DNA from: Candidatus Multivoradales bacterium | GTDB taxonomy: Bacteria > Acidobacteriota > Thermoanaerobaculia > Multivoradales > JAHEKO01 | Direction of reading: 5' to 3' | Assembly (NCBI GenBank): GCA_965212505.1 | Contig: OZ243123.1 | Coordinates: forward strand, 4,944,313 to 5,008,312 | Length of the DNA stretch: 64,000 bases | Part shown: in pieces, positions 47,128-59,476 of the stretch | Layout of the letters: the number at the start of each line of letters is the position of its first letter | Position numbering within the stretch: the stretch's first letter is position 1 | Notes under the pieces: model-generated | Database searches by the model: none | The model's input: only the letters and a program-made list of their open reading frames with translations | Told to the model about the DNA's origin: nothing | Translations under genes and position numbers: made by a program

Positions 47128-47332
47128 GCTGATCCCTCCACGCCGACCGAACGCTGAAGAGCGGTCTGGGTCTGGTCGATTATTCTCGTCGGTTGGTCGG
47201 GTGTCAAGGACACTTGAGGCTACGAAAATCCTTCAATGACGCGGACTTAAGCCCTTCGGTGGACGCTGAAAATCGGCTGTGGTACCTTGGCTCGTCCCCA
47301 ATCTAGGACCTTTTCCATCTAGGAGAAACACC

Positions 47333-48109
47333 ATGCGTCGCACCACGAGCGTTTTGTCACTAGCGGTCACGGCCCTGGTTGTCCTGGGTCTCGTCGCCTG
47401 CGGGCCGAGCCAGGAGGAGCAGCTGGCAACCGCGCAGGCCGAGGCGGTCGCCCTGCTCGAAGAGGGCAAGGCGGGCCTCGAGGCCGCGCGTCAGGATTTG
47501 GCCGATGCAAAGGCGGCTCTGGCCGCAGCCATCGACGAGGGCGCTGAAGACGCCGCGGACCAGATCGCCGAGCTCGAAGCGAACGTCGAGCAGCTCGAGA
47601 ACGATGCGGCCAACAAGGCCGACGAGTTCAACGGCGCGATCGTCGACTTCATCAACGCCGATCCGCCGATCGAGGGTGAGCCGCTGACCGAGGCGCAGCT
47701 CGCCGGTATTCGCATGAAGAGTGCCGAGGACCTGATTGTCGCCCAGGAGCACATCGACAAGGGCGGCGACTACCGGCGCGCCATGGACATCTACAGCCAG
47801 GCGCTGATGGTCGATCCCGACAACGAGGACCTGAAGGCCGCGCTGGCCCTCGCCGAAGAGCTGCGGTACATGACTCAGGAGCGATTCGAGCAGGTCGAAA
47901 AGGGAATGAGCCAGGACGATGTCCGTGGACTCCTCGGCCAGCCGAACCTGCGCAACGTCCGGGAGTATCCGGAGCGCGGGGTGACGGCCTGGTTCTACCC
48001 GACCACCGAGGCGGGCGATGCGGCCGCCGTCTGGTTCCGCGGCGACGAGCCGAAGGCCTATCAGCTCAAGTTCGACGCGATCGTGAAGGAAGCCGAAGAG
48101 GCTTCGTAG
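47333..48109 (+). CDS. Lipoprotein with coiled-coil region and BamE-like (SmpA/OmlA) C-terminal domain
   Basis: Trimmed to ATG 47333 (AGGAGA RBS). Lipobox LGLVACG. C-terminal …MSQDDVRGLLGQPNLRNVREYPERGVTAWFY…. Confidence 0.55.
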   Translation: MRRTTSVLSLAVTALVVLGLVACGPSQEEQLATAQAEAVALLEEGKAGLEAARQDLADAKAALAAAIDEGAEDAADQIAELEANVEQLENDAANKADEFNGAIVDFINADPPIEGEPLTEAQLAGIRMKSAEDLIVAQEHIDKGGDYRRAMDIYSQALMVDPDNEDLKAALALAEELRYMTQERFEQVEKGMSQDDVRGLLGQPNLRNVREYPERGVTAWFYPTTEAGDAAAVWFRGDEPKAYQLKFDAIVKEAEEAS

Positions 48110-48251
48110 TCGGTTCGATCGGCAAGCCGCTCGATTGACATTCTGGCGGGGCTCGGCGAAACTATCGAGCCCCGCACGGGAGCGGCTCGCTCAATCGAGG
48201 GCCCCGTTGTCCGCGCCGGGAGTACATCCGAAGGCGAGGTGAGTACAGAAG

Positions 48252-48461
48252 TTGCCGGCAGTTCAGATTAGAGAAGAAGAGAGTTTCGAAAACGCACTGC
48301 GTCGCTTCAAGCGCAAGTGTGAGAAGTCGGGAGTGCTGACGGAGCTCAAGAAGCGCCAGCATTTCGAGAAGCCTTCGGTCAAGCGCAAGCGCAAGGCCAT
48401 GCAGGCCCGCAAGAAGGTCCTCCGCAAGATGGCGGAAGAGCGTCGCATGGGTCTGCGCTAA
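48252..48461 (+). CDS. rpsU: 30S ribosomal protein S21
   Basis: TTG start with GAGGTGA RBS. (M)[47 protein letters not shown] is a textbook S21. Confidence 0.9.
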   Translation: MPAVQIREEESFENALRRFKRKCEKSGVLTELKKRQHFEKPSVKRKRKAMQARKKVLRKMAEERRMGLR

Positions 48462-48486
48462 GCGCGCGCGATCATCGAGCTATCGA

Positions 48487-48519
48487 GGAGCGGGGCTTGT
48501 CCCCGCTCCTTTTCGTTTT
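48487..48519 (+). terminator. Rho-independent terminator after rpsU
   Basis: GGAGCGGGG-cttgt-CCCCGCTCC hairpin followed by TTTTCGTTTT. Confidence 0.55.
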
Positions 48520-48546
48520 GGGTAGAGAAAGTAGACTGAGCAGAGC

Positions 48547-50961
48547 GTGACAACCGCTCGTTCCCCGGTGGCGACACCGGCGACTTTGGAAGCACTCGAG
48601 TTCGGTAGCTATCTCGAGATGCTGTCCGCTATGGCGGCGACCGATCTCGGCCGGGAGCGGGTTCGGTCGACCACTTGGGCTCCGCGTCTGGAGGTGCTCG
48701 ACCGGCGGCATCGCCGTTTCCACGAGGCGGCGAGCCTGCTGGAACACCAGCGTTTGGTGCCGTCGTTCGAGGAGCCGCTCGGCGCCGTTCTCGAGTCGCT
48801 GAGCCGGGGGGACAGCGAACTCGTCGGCATCGAGCTCAACCGCCTCGCCGCCGCGCTGCGGGCCGTCGAGGGGACGCGCAAGGCGATCGGAGCGGCCGAT
48901 CCGGAGTGCCCTGAACTGGCCGCCGAATCGGAGCGTCTCGACGACCTGCGCCGGCTGGTGCGTCGAATCGAAAGCACCCTCGACCGCCGCGGGCGGGTGC
49001 GCGACGACGCCAGCGATCGCTTGATGAGTTTGGGCGGCGACGTTCGCCGTTCGCGCGAAGCGATCTACGGTGAGCTTCGTAGCTACGGCAAGAAGCACAA
49101 AGACGACCTTGCCGAGGAGACCATGCCGCTGCACGACGGCCGGGTCGTCGTGCTCCTCAAGGCCGGCTCCAAGTCGCGCGGCGGCGGACTGGTCCATCGC
49201 GGGTCGGGTACCGGGCGGAGTGTCTACTTCGAGCCGCTCGAGGTGGTCGAGGCGAACAACCGCATGCGCGAGTCGCAGCAGCGCGAGCAGGAAGAGCGTC
49301 AGCGGTTGCTGAACGATCTGGTCGACGCAGCTCGCGAGGCGGTCGAGTCGATCGCTCTCCACCTCGACTTCCTCGCCCTGCTCGACCAGCAACAGGCGCT
49401 GTGTGACTTCGCGGAGCTCTGTGAAGCGCGGTTGGTAGAGATCACGGAGCGGCACTCCTTGCGGGTGAGCGGTGGCTACCATCCGCTGCTCGACCCGAGG
49501 TTGGCTTCGTTGAGGGAACGAGCGCTCGGTCACGCCGGCCACCTCGGCGAGGTCGTGCCGCTCGAACTCGAGCTCCTACCCGAACGGCGTGCGCTCGTCG
49601 TTACCGGACCGAACGCCGGCGGCAAGACGGCTGCGCTCAAGACGCTCGGGTTGATGGCGCTGGCGGCTCAGGTGGGCCTACCGTTTCCGGCCGCGGCCGG
49701 AAGTCGCTCACCGTGGCTCGAGTCGGTCGTCGCGACCGTTGGCGACGAGCAGGATCTGCTCGAAGACCGCTCGACCTTCAGCGGTCGTCTACTGCGGCTC
49801 CGAGAAGCCTGGGATGCGGCGGGTCCCGACAGCCTTCTGCTCCTCGATGAGCTCGGCTCGGGAACTGATCCGGAAGAGGGGAGCGCGCTCTCGATCGCGC
49901 TCCTCGAGGGGCTGCTCGAGCGGGGGTCGATGGCGATGATCACGACCCATCTGACGCCTCTCGCGGCGGCGGCGCTCGAGCAAGACGGAGCCACCTGCGC
50001 CGCGATGCAGTTCGACGCCTCGAGCCACAGACCCACGTTCGAGCTCCTGCCCGGCGCGCCCGCCGGTAGCGAGGCGATCTCTCTCGGTCGCCGGCTCGGC
50101 CTGCCGACAGAGTGGCTCGACCGAGCCGACAATCTGCTGGGCAGCGGCCATCGAGACCTTCGGCGCTTGCTTGCCGAAGTCGAGTCGATTCGTGCCGACC
50201 TCGAGCAGCGCAGCCACGATCTTGCCGACCGGAGCGCCGAGCTCGAAAACCGGAAGGAAGAGACCGAGCTCCTGCAGGCGTCTCTCGCGGAGGAGCGGGT
50301 CAAGGTGGGTGCGCGCGCTCGCAAGGACCTGGAGGCATTCCGACGCCAGGTGACCGAAGAGCTGCGAGAAGAGGTCGCGCGCATTCGAGAGGAGATGGAA
50401 GCGGGGCGCAAGCGTGGGCTCGCGGAGGCGGCGGTCGAGCGTGTCTTCGAAGAGGCGCCGGAGGTGGAGACCGGACAGGAGCCCGGGCCGGACGCAACCC
50501 TCGGCGACCGGGTCGAGCACCGTTCTCTCGGTTGGAAGGGGGTCGTCGAACGTGTCGACCGTGGCAAGGCCGAGGTCAACGTTCATGGCAAACGCATGCG
50601 TTGCGCCCTCGACGACCTGGAGGTCCTCGAGGAGGGTGCCGGCGCCGCGGTCTCGATGGATCGTGCGAAGTCGACCCCGACAGCGACCCCGACACCGAGA
50701 CCGGACGTCGATGCGGTGAGCTCCGAACTCAACCTGATCGGACATCGGGTCGAGGAGGCGCTGGAGCAGCTCGACAGCTACCTCGATCGGGCCCTCCTGT
50801 CGGCGGACGGCGAGGTGCGCATCATTCACGGGCACGGCACCGGGCGGCTGAGAAAGGCGATCCGGGAGCACCTGCGGAATCATCCGGCTGTGGCGGCTGT
50901 TCGGCCGGGTCGTGGCAATGAGGGCGGCGACGGTGCCACGATCGTCTCGCTCCGCGGGTAG
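48547..50961 (+). CDS. mutS2: Endonuclease MutS2 (MutS domain + C-terminal Smr)
   Basis: GTG start. Walker A GPNAGGKT. …LLLLDELGSGTDP…. C-terminal Smr (LNLIGHRVEEAL…GEVRIIHGHGTGRLR). Confidence 0.85.
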   Translation: MTTARSPVATPATLEALEFGSYLEMLSAMAATDLGRERVRSTTWAPRLEVLDRRHRRFHEAASLLEHQRLVPSFEEPLGAVLESLSRGDSELVGIELNRLAAALRAVEGTRKAIGAADPECPELAAESERLDDLRRLVRRIESTLDRRGRVRDDASDRLMSLGGDVRRSREAIYGELRSYGKKHKDDLAEETMPLHDGRVVVLLKAGSKSRGGGLVHRGSGTGRSVYFEPLEVVEANNRMRESQQREQEERQRLLNDLVDAAREAVESIALHLDFLALLDQQQALCDFAELCEARLVEITERHSLRVSGGYHPLLDPRLASLRERALGHAGHLGEVVPLELELLPERRALVVTGPNAGGKTAALKTLGLMALAAQVGLPFPAAAGSRSPWLESVVATVGDEQDLLEDRSTFSGRLLRLREAWDAAGPDSLLLLDELGSGTDPEEGSALSIALLEGLLERGSMAMITTHLTPLAAAALEQDGATCAAMQFDASSHRPTFELLPGAPAGSEAISLGRRLGLPTEWLDRADNLLGSGHRDLRRLLAEVESIRADLEQRSHDLADRSAELENRKEETELLQASLAEERVKVGARARKDLEAFRRQVTEELREEVARIREEMEAGRKRGLAEAAVERVFEEAPEVETGQEPGPDATLGDRVEHRSLGWKGVVERVDRGKAEVNVHGKRMRCALDDLEVLEEGAGAAVSMDRAKSTPTATPTPRPDVDAVSSELNLIGHRVEEALEQLDSYLDRALLSADGEVRIIHGHGTGRLRKAIREHLRNHPAVAAVRPGRGNEGGDGATIVSLRG

Positions 50962-50979
50962 AGTCGAGAGACGAGGCCC

Positions 50980-52761
50980 GTGGCGTTACGCAACATCCAA
51001 CTCAACCCGCAGCTCGTCCAAGCTGTCCGAGACGCTGTCGACATCGTCGACATCGCGTCGGAGTACACCAAGCTCACGAAGACCGGCAGGCGCTACAAGG
51101 GCCTCTGTCCGCTCCACAAGGAGAAGACGCCGTCGTTTAGTGTCGACGTCGACCAGGGCCTCTACTACTGCTTTGGCTGCGGGCAGGGCGGCGATGGGAT
51201 CAAACTCCATCAGGCGCTCTCCGGGGACGACTTCCCCGGCGCGATCGAAGCGCTCGCGCGGCGCTACGGCATTCCGCTTCCCGAACCGGTCGAGACACGT
51301 AGCGGTAAGACCGAGCCCGACCTCGAGCGGGTGCTCGAGGAGGCGGAGGGCTACTTCAAGGCGCAACTACAAAATGCGCCGCGGGTTCTCGACTACCTGT
51401 CGCGACGCCAGATTCCGACCGAGTTGATCGAGCGCTTTGGTCTCGGCTACGCCCCCGAGGGGTGGCGCAATCTGGTGGGCGCTCTCGGCACCCGTTTCCC
51501 GGCTCGCGAGCTCGAGGCCGCCGGTCTGTCTGCGCGCTCGGAGAAGGCTCCCGACAAGCCGTACGATCGATTCCGACATCGCCTCATGTTTCCGATTCGC
51601 AATGCCGCCGGCCGCCTGGTCGGATTTGGCGGTCGAGCGCTCGGCGACGACAAGGCGAAGTACGTCAATACAGCGGAGACCTCGCGCTTCCAGAAGAGCT
51701 ATCTTCTGTACGGCCTCGATCTGGCAAAGCGAGCGATTCGCGATGAACGGAAGGCCTTCCTGGTCGAAGGCTACTTCGACGTCATCGGCGCCGCCGCCGC
51801 GGGCGTCGAGACGAGCGTTGCCGGGATGGGCACTGCGCTCACTCCGGAGCAGGCGCGTCTGCTCAAGCGCTTCGCCGACGAGGTGTTGATCGGTTATGAC
51901 GGTGACCCGGCGGGAGAGACGGCGTTTCGGCGCTCCCTGCCCATCCTGCTCAGCGAGGGCATGACGGTGCGTCGGCCCGAGTTGCCCGAAGGGGAGGACC
52001 CGGACTCCCTCCGCCGAAAGCAGGGCGACGCCGCTCTGCTCGATCGACTCGAGAGCGCCGAGGACGCCGTGATGCTCGAGATCCGTCGCCAGGTGCCCGC
52101 CAACGTGCGGAGTGAACCGAGCGAGCAGGCGCGTGCGGCGCGCAGCGTCGCCGAGCTGCTGAAGCCGATTCCGGACGGCATTTTGCGCTACAGCTACGCT
52201 CGCGTAGCCGCGGATCGACTCGGCGTTCCGGTCGATCTGCTCTGGCGACGGGTGGGTGGAGACCGCGGCGGTGCGGTTCGTGAGGAGGCTCCTCAGCCGC
52301 GAGATGTCGTTCGCACGTTGGAGGAGCGTCTCCTCCAACTTCTGCTGGCGAGCGGCGTGGAATTGCCTCTGCCCGAGGAGATGCCTTCCGAGGAGGCGTT
52401 TTTAGATCAGGATTTGAGGAATATTTTCTCGATCTTTCTTGCTCTCTATTCTGAGGCCGGCGGTAGCCGGCCGGAGGTCAAGCAGGTGCTGGCGAAGGTC
52501 GGAACCGAGGGGAAGGCTGTTGACCAGCTAGCTAGACTTCTGTTAGAAGATCCTGTTGCCGCGGCGAAGGGCGAGCTTCAGCAGTCCCTCGCGAGACTGA
52601 AGCGCCGATGGCAGCAAAAGCGGTTGCGGGAGTTGTCGACAGAAATCAGCCGAGCCCAAAGCCTCGGAGACAACCAGAGTCTCGAGAGGCTCCTGCACGA
52701 GAAGAACACCATCAGCCGTGAACTACACGGCCGTCAAAACGGGTCTGAAGAGCGAGCCTAG
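50980..52761 (+). CDS. dnaG: DNA primase
   Basis: GTG start. Zinc-binding [13 protein letters not shown]…[17 protein letters not shown] region EGYFDVIGA. Confidence 0.85.
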   Translation: MALRNIQLNPQLVQAVRDAVDIVDIASEYTKLTKTGRRYKGLCPLHKEKTPSFSVDVDQGLYYCFGCGQGGDGIKLHQALSGDDFPGAIEALARRYGIPLPEPVETRSGKTEPDLERVLEEAEGYFKAQLQNAPRVLDYLSRRQIPTELIERFGLGYAPEGWRNLVGALGTRFPARELEAAGLSARSEKAPDKPYDRFRHRLMFPIRNAAGRLVGFGGRALGDDKAKYVNTAETSRFQKSYLLYGLDLAKRAIRDERKAFLVEGYFDVIGAAAAGVETSVAGMGTALTPEQARLLKRFADEVLIGYDGDPAGETAFRRSLPILLSEGMTVRRPELPEGEDPDSLRRKQGDAALLDRLESAEDAVMLEIRRQVPANVRSEPSEQARAARSVAELLKPIPDGILRYSYARVAADRLGVPVDLLWRRVGGDRGGAVREEAPQPRDVVRTLEERLLQLLLASGVELPLPEEMPSEEAFLDQDLRNIFSIFLALYSEAGGSRPEVKQVLAKVGTEGKAVDQLARLLLEDPVAAAKGELQQSLARLKRRWQQKRLRELSTEISRAQSLGDNQSLERLLHEKNTISRELHGRQNGSEERA

Positions 52762-52811
52762 TTCGCCTTGGGATCGAAGGTCAGAACCGGAATCGGCGTA
52801 GGAGAGTTCTG

Positions 52812-54524
<1,713 letters not shown>

Positions 54525-54553
54525 GGGTCGCTGGGCGCGACGAGACTCGAGTC

Positions 54554-55393
54554 GTGCCCAGCGTCCACGAGCACGTCTCCCTCGGCCAACTCCTCGTTCG
54601 CGAGGAGGTCGAGGGGCTGCGCTTCGAGCGCTCGTTGCATCGGGCGGGACGAGTGCTGCCACCTCATGCTCACCAACACGCCAACGTCCTGATGGTCGTG
54701 CGGGGCGGCCTGCTCCAGACGATCGGGCGTGACGCTCACTCGATCGGAGCCGGCGGGGTTGTAGCCAAAGGCCCCGGCGTTGTGCACTCGGATCACTTCG
54801 GCGGCCGCCCCACCGAGCTCTTCGGCGTCGAGGTGTTCCCGGAGCGACTGGAGAGCCTGGCGACGAAGGGCGATCCATTCCGGCGGCCGCTGGTTGTTCA
54901 CGAATCGGGCGTCACCGCGCTCGTTCGGGCGCTCCTCGACGAGTTCGCTACTCCGGATCAGGCGTCACAGCTGGCGCTCGAGGCGCTGGCTCTCGAGCTC
55001 GTCTCGGCGCTCAGAACGCGCCAGAGCCACCTCTCGGGCGATCGTCCGCCGACCTGGCTGCGCGCGGTTCGCGATCGGCTCGACGAGCAGGTCGCCGAGC
55101 GGCATGACTTGACGACGCTGGCCGATGCGGCGGGGGTACATCCGGCGCACCTGGCCCGAGCGTTCAAGCGTTGGCTCGGCCGGACGCCCGGTGGATACCT
55201 GCGCGAGAGGCGACTCGAAGAGGCGGCGCGTCTGCTCGCGACGACGGATCGAGAGATCGTCGACATCGCGCTCGACCTCGGCTTCTACGACCAGGCCCAC
55301 TTCACGCGGGTGTTTCGGCGTCCGCATGGCCTAACGCCCGCGCGCTTTCGGCGCGTCTGTCGCCGCGGCCCACTCAGCTGCGGCAGTAGCTGA
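54554..55393 (+). CDS. AraC-family transcriptional regulator (cupin-like N-domain + HTH)
   Basis: GTG start. C-terminal AraC HTH (…LADAAGVHPAHLARAFKRWLGRTPGGYL…, …DIALDLGFYDQAHFTRVFRR…). Confidence 0.75.
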   Translation: MPSVHEHVSLGQLLVREEVEGLRFERSLHRAGRVLPPHAHQHANVLMVVRGGLLQTIGRDAHSIGAGGVVAKGPGVVHSDHFGGRPTELFGVEVFPERLESLATKGDPFRRPLVVHESGVTALVRALLDEFATPDQASQLALEALALELVSALRTRQSHLSGDRPPTWLRAVRDRLDEQVAERHDLTTLADAAGVHPAHLARAFKRWLGRTPGGYLRERRLEEAARLLATTDREIVDIALDLGFYDQAHFTRVFRRPHGLTPARFRRVCRRGPLSCGSS

Positions 55394-56549
55394 GCGCGGT
55401 CTGAGCGAAGGCGTCGGAGCACGCGACCACCGAGTCCAGCTCGACCCACTCTTCGTCCGCGTGTGGACCGGCGCCGGTCGGACCGAAGACGACCGTGTCG
55501 ATTCCAGCAGCTCGAAGGAAGGCTGCGTCGGTCCAGAAGGGGACGCCGACGATCGACGGCTCCGCGCCGGTGGCCTCCGCCGAGGCCGCGCCGAGAGTCA
55601 ACGCAACGTCGCTCTGGGGCATCGCCTCGAAGGCGGGTCGCTCGAGCTTGTGCTCGAGATCGATCTGTCGGTCGGGGCGCCGCTCGCGGGCGCGTTCGAT
55701 GATGGCGGAGATCGCGACCAGGACCTCGTCTCGCGCTGGGCCGGGGATGGTGCGGAGCTCGATCTGTCCGCGACATCGCTCGGCGTAGATCGACGGTCCG
55801 TCGCCGCCCTCGAGCACCCCGAGGTGCAGGCTCATGGGTCCGAGAAGTGGGTGGGCTCGACCTTTCAAGAGCTGTCCCTGCAGCTCTGCCACCGGCCCGA
55901 GCGCACTCACCATGCCGAGGTTTGCATCGACACCTCGCGAGTAGTCGCTGCCGTGGTACGCGACCCCGTGGGTCGTGACCTCGAGCCAGAGGAAGCCCTT
56001 GTGGGCCAGGCACAGCCCCATGTCGGTCGGCTCGGCGACGATTGCACCGTCCGCCCGGTAGTGCTCGAGCACCTCCTGGGTGCCGAGGCTGCGGTCCTCT
56101 TCGTCTGCGACGAGGGCGACCACCAGGTCTCCCTCCAATCGGCCTGACCCGGTGGCGATCGCGTGGGCCGCGCCGAGGCAGGCGGCGACTCCGCCCTTCA
56201 TGTCATACGTGCCGCGCCCGTACATGCGGCCGCTCTCGGTGCGGGGTTCGAAAGGCGACTCCATGCGGCCCGGACCGACGGTGTCGATGTGGCCGTTGAG
56301 CATCAGGGATCGGCCACCGCCACTGCCTCGCAGCACACCCACGACACTGGGCCGCCCGGGCGTCGTCTCCAGGACGGTCGTTTCCATGCCCATCCCCTCG
56401 AGCATCTCGCGCCCGAGACGCGCGATTTCCCGCTCGCCCCGACCCGGTTCTCCCGAGGCGTAGGGGAAGAACGGATTGACGGAGTCGGTGGCGACGAGCC
56501 GCTCGAGTGCCTCGAGCGTCCATTCGGAATCGACGTGACGCGGTCTCAT
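55374..56549 (-). CDS. M20-family metallopeptidase (ArgE/DapE/CPG2-like deacylase)
   Basis: Trimmed to ATG 56549. …LMLNGHIDTVGPG… and …GRGTYDMKGG… M20 metal-binding motifs. The 3' end overlaps the AraC gene by 20 nt. Confidence 0.75.
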   Translation of the reverse strand: MRPRHVDSEWTLEALERLVATDSVNPFFPYASGEPGRGEREIARLGREMLEGMGMETTVLETTPGRPSVVGVLRGSGGGRSLMLNGHIDTVGPGRMESPFEPRTESGRMYGRGTYDMKGGVAACLGAAHAIATGSGRLEGDLVVALVADEEDRSLGTQEVLEHYRADGAIVAEPTDMGLCLAHKGFLWLEVTTHGVAYHGSDYSRGVDANLGMVSALGPVAELQGQLLKGRAHPLLGPMSLHLGVLEGGDGPSIYAERCRGQIELRTIPGPARDEVLVAISAIIERARERRPDRQIDLEHKLERPAFEAMPQSDVALTLGAASAEATGAEPSIVGVPFWTDAAFLRAAGIDTVVFGPTGAGPHADEEWVELDSVVACSDAFAQTALSYCRS

Positions 56550-56626
56550 GACGAGGAGTCTGGCTCGTCGGCGAGCGCGCGTCTTGCACGAATCGAACAT
56601 CGACCGATCGGTCGATGCGATTCGAG

Positions 56627-57112
56627 TCACTCGTCTTCGGTTGCTGCGGTCTCAGTGGATTGGACGCCACGCAGATACGCGAGCAGGTCCGCCAACTTCC
56701 TCTGCACGTCGTCTTCGGTCTGGCCGTCTTCGACCTGGAAGACGGCGCCCCAGATCGGCATGTCCCGACCGTGCAGCGGCACGCTGACCTCCCGACCGTC
56801 GATCGACTCGAGCACCCGTTCGGTTGGGAAGAGACCGTCGTTGCTGACCCGTAGCCGGGTGAGATCGGCAGGCGCGACCTTCAGGAACTTGGCGACGCTG
56901 CCGTCGCCCTTCGCACTCGTGCCGTGGCACGAGCGGCAATAGCGCTGGTAAAGGCCCCGGCCGACTCCGAAGCTGCCATCGATTTCGGCCGCTGAGACGG
57001 CCTCGGTGGGCACCTTCCCACTAGGGTCGGTTTCGGCGGCTGTCAGGGCGGCCGTGCCCAACGTTACGGCGAGCAGTCCGGCGAGAGCGAGAATCCAGAC
57101 CCTCTCTGTCAT
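56627..57112 (-). CDS. Secreted mono-haem c-type cytochrome
   Basis: Signal peptide MTERVWILALAGLLAVTLGTAALTA. Haem-binding CRSCH (CxxCH). Confidence 0.65.
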   Translation of the reverse strand: MTERVWILALAGLLAVTLGTAALTAAETDPSGKVPTEAVSAAEIDGSFGVGRGLYQRYCRSCHGTSAKGDGSVAKFLKVAPADLTRLRVSNDGLFPTERVLESIDGREVSVPLHGRDMPIWGAVFQVEDGQTEDDVQRKLADLLAYLRGVQSTETAATEDE

Positions 57113-57270
57113 CGTCGACCTCCTTGGCCATCAGCATACGTGCGTGCTGCGGGGCCACGACACGTCCGCGAAGGCTGGTGACGGCCCTCCCGAGGGGTGG
57201 GCGAAGAGCGATTGACAAAGACGAAACCCATCCCTAACATTCTCTGTTCGGCCCCTTGGGGCCGCACTGA

Positions 57271-57345
57271 TCCTGGGTAGCTCAGTGGTAGAGCGATCGG
57301 CTGTTAACCGATTGGTCGGGGGTTCAAATCCCTCCCCAGGAGCCA
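57271..57345 (+). tRNA. tRNA-Asn (anticodon GTT), CCA encoded
   Basis: TCCTGGGTAGCTCAGTGGTAGAGCGATCGGCTGTTAACCGATTGGTCGGGGGTTCAAATCCCTCCCCAGGAGCCA. Anticodon loop CTGTTAA. T-loop TTCAAAT. Confidence 0.85.
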
Positions 57346-57356
57346 TCGAAGATTCG

Positions 57357-57384
57357 AGCCGGCTTTCGAGCCGGCTCTTTCGTT
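57357..57384 (+). terminator. Rho-independent terminator after tRNA-Asn
   Basis: AGCCGGCT-ttcg-AGCCGGCT palindromic hairpin followed by CTTTCGTT. Confidence 0.45.
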
Positions 57385-57415
57385 AGCGGTGAGATTGAAG
57401 AGGCTCGGGGGTGCC

Positions 57416-59314
57416 CTAGGGCTCCCCTTTTGCGCGCTCGCTGCGACGCTTCTCGAACCAGGCGCGAGGCCGAACCAGCTTCCAGTCGCGTTCGGTGCCA
57501 TCGAGTTCGACAGCGCTCGACAGCGGGCCGAGGCGCAAGAAGAGAAGCCCGTCGCGATCTCCTCGGGAGATCTCGGCGTCGCCCAGGATCTCGAGCCGCC
57601 CTCCACGAATGTCGATCGACTGCAGCCCGAGACTGCGTGGCCGGGTGCTCACGCGAGCCTTGGCGACGACGTCTTTGACCGTCAAGACCCGGTCGATCAT
57701 CTGGACGAGTCTCCTCTTGCTGGCCACGAGTGCAACCACGGGGCCCGAGTCCCGCATCGTCGCGCGGAGGTCGGCCTGGGCCCACGCGGTCTTGTGCTGC
57801 CGGAGTTCTCCGTCGTCGATCACAATTTTCATCCACCACCCACTTCGAGGAGGGCGGTCGGCGTGCTCGCGCACCTCGACGTCTGTGAGTTCTATGGACG
57901 AGCCGGAGAGGTCGTAGCGTCGTTCGTCGAAGGCGGCGTCTTTGAGTTGCGCGCGAAACGCGAGGGCGCCTTCCAGATGAACGTCGCCCATCTGAGCCGA
58001 GATCCGATCCGCCGAAAGTTGGAGCTCGCCGTTTGCCGAGCGGTCCGCAACGGACGCCTCGAACCGCCCAGAGAGGAAGGCCGGTCCCCCGCCCAGCACG
58101 ACACTCTCGGCGCTGATGAGAAAGCCGTTGTAGTTGGCGAAATCATCTACGCGAGCGTCGTTGAGCTCCAAGACGGCCTGAAGGTCGGTGAAGGGAGCAT
58201 CGTGGAGCGCGAGTCGCCGACTCGAGGCGGTGAGTTGGAATCGAGCCTCTGCCGCGTGCGGCTCGTCGGCGCCCAGACGTCGCAGCTCGACCTCCTGGAG
58301 GTCGATCGCCATCGTGAGTAGATCGTCGCTCTCCACCAGGGCCTGCGCACTCCCTTTGCCGGCGACTCGGTTACCCGCGATGTCGAGGGCGACGCGCTCC
58401 GCGTCGATGTTCAGGAACGTGGGCGGGCGGATCTCACCGCGCTCGAGCTGCAGCTCTCCCTCGAGCTTTCCCGACGCGACCGCGTTGAGCCACTCGGCGC
58501 CGTGCAGGAACGGATCGAGGGCTGGGAGCTCGGCGGCGAGCGCCTTGGCTCTTGCGCTGCCGCTCATCTGCCTGAGTACCTCGGGCGCGGACATGCCGCG
58601 GGGCTCGAACGGTGCCAACTGAACCGAAAGGTCGAGGTCTAACTCTCGGGCCGCGGTCTCACCGGCGACGATCAGCTCGGCGCCCCGCGCGGTGAGCGCG
58701 CTCCCCTCGAGCTCGAGCTCGCGCCCCACCGTGAAGTCGAAGTCGGCTGAGAGGTCCCCGGCTCTGTCGACGAGCACCGAATCGATCCAAATCTGCCGCC
58801 CGCTTCGGAGCTTCAGGTCGAGCAGCTCGACCCGCCAGGGGCGCCCGCCGTCGGCCCTTTCGTACAGCTCTTCCGGAGGCGGCGCCGGCGGGTTGTCCAG
58901 ACCTGGAATCTCGGGCGCCCAACGCTTCAGCGCCTCGAGATCGGGAGGGTCGTCTTCGTCGAAGGCGTCGAGCCGTCGTCGGAGGCGGAAGTCGAGACCC
59001 GTGCCCCTCACCCCGGCGCTCTGGAAGCGCTTGAGAGGCAGGAGGTGAAGAGAGATCGGAACCTTTGCGCTCTCGATCTCCGCGCGCCACTGAACCTTGC
59101 GATTTTGCACTCGAATTCGAAGGCCCCGGACTTCAACGAGTCCTGGCACCCACGACCAGGCTCGCCGCCACTCGACCTCGAGCTTCTCAGGCTTGCGGTT
59201 GATGGTCCGCGGGCCGAGGTCGGTCGCCAGGAACAGGTTTGCGGCGAGAAGGTAGACCGACCAGAGCACCGCCACGACAGCGGTGAGCTGGAACAGCGTG
59301 CGGCGACGCGACAT
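57416..59314 (-). CDS. N-terminally anchored large hypothetical protein (AsmA-like topology)
   Basis: N-terminal TM (LFQLTAVVAVLWSVYLLAANLFLA) followed by about 600 aa of soluble, beta-rich-looking sequence. Family not recognised with certainty. Confidence 0.5.
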   Translation of the reverse strand: MSRRRTLFQLTAVVAVLWSVYLLAANLFLATDLGPRTINRKPEKLEVEWRRAWSWVPGLVEVRGLRIRVQNRKVQWRAEIESAKVPISLHLLPLKRFQSAGVRGTGLDFRLRRRLDAFDEDDPPDLEALKRWAPEIPGLDNPPAPPPEELYERADGGRPWRVELLDLKLRSGRQIWIDSVLVDRAGDLSADFDFTVGRELELEGSALTARGAELIVAGETAARELDLDLSVQLAPFEPRGMSAPEVLRQMSGSARAKALAAELPALDPFLHGAEWLNAVASGKLEGELQLERGEIRPPTFLNIDAERVALDIAGNRVAGKGSAQALVESDDLLTMAIDLQEVELRRLGADEPHAAEARFQLTASSRRLALHDAPFTDLQAVLELNDARVDDFANYNGFLISAESVVLGGGPAFLSGRFEASVADRSANGELQLSADRISAQMGDVHLEGALAFRAQLKDAAFDERRYDLSGSSIELTDVEVREHADRPPRSGWWMKIVIDDGELRQHKTAWAQADLRATMRDSGPVVALVASKRRLVQMIDRVLTVKDVVAKARVSTRPRSLGLQSIDIRGGRLEILGDAEISRGDRDGLLFLRLGPLSSAVELDGTERDWKLVRPRAWFEKRRSERAKGEP

Positions 59315-59476
59315 CAGGGAAATCCGGTGCTGTGGCGGTGGTTACGGACGTCGGCGCACGGTGAACACAGGCCGCACCTTATCTTCATGGTTGGCGACAG
59401 AGTAGCTCGCGACCGGTGTGCTAGCTTGCCGCTGCAGCGATCTCGCGCCAAGAGCGCCCGACGAGGAGTTCATCGC

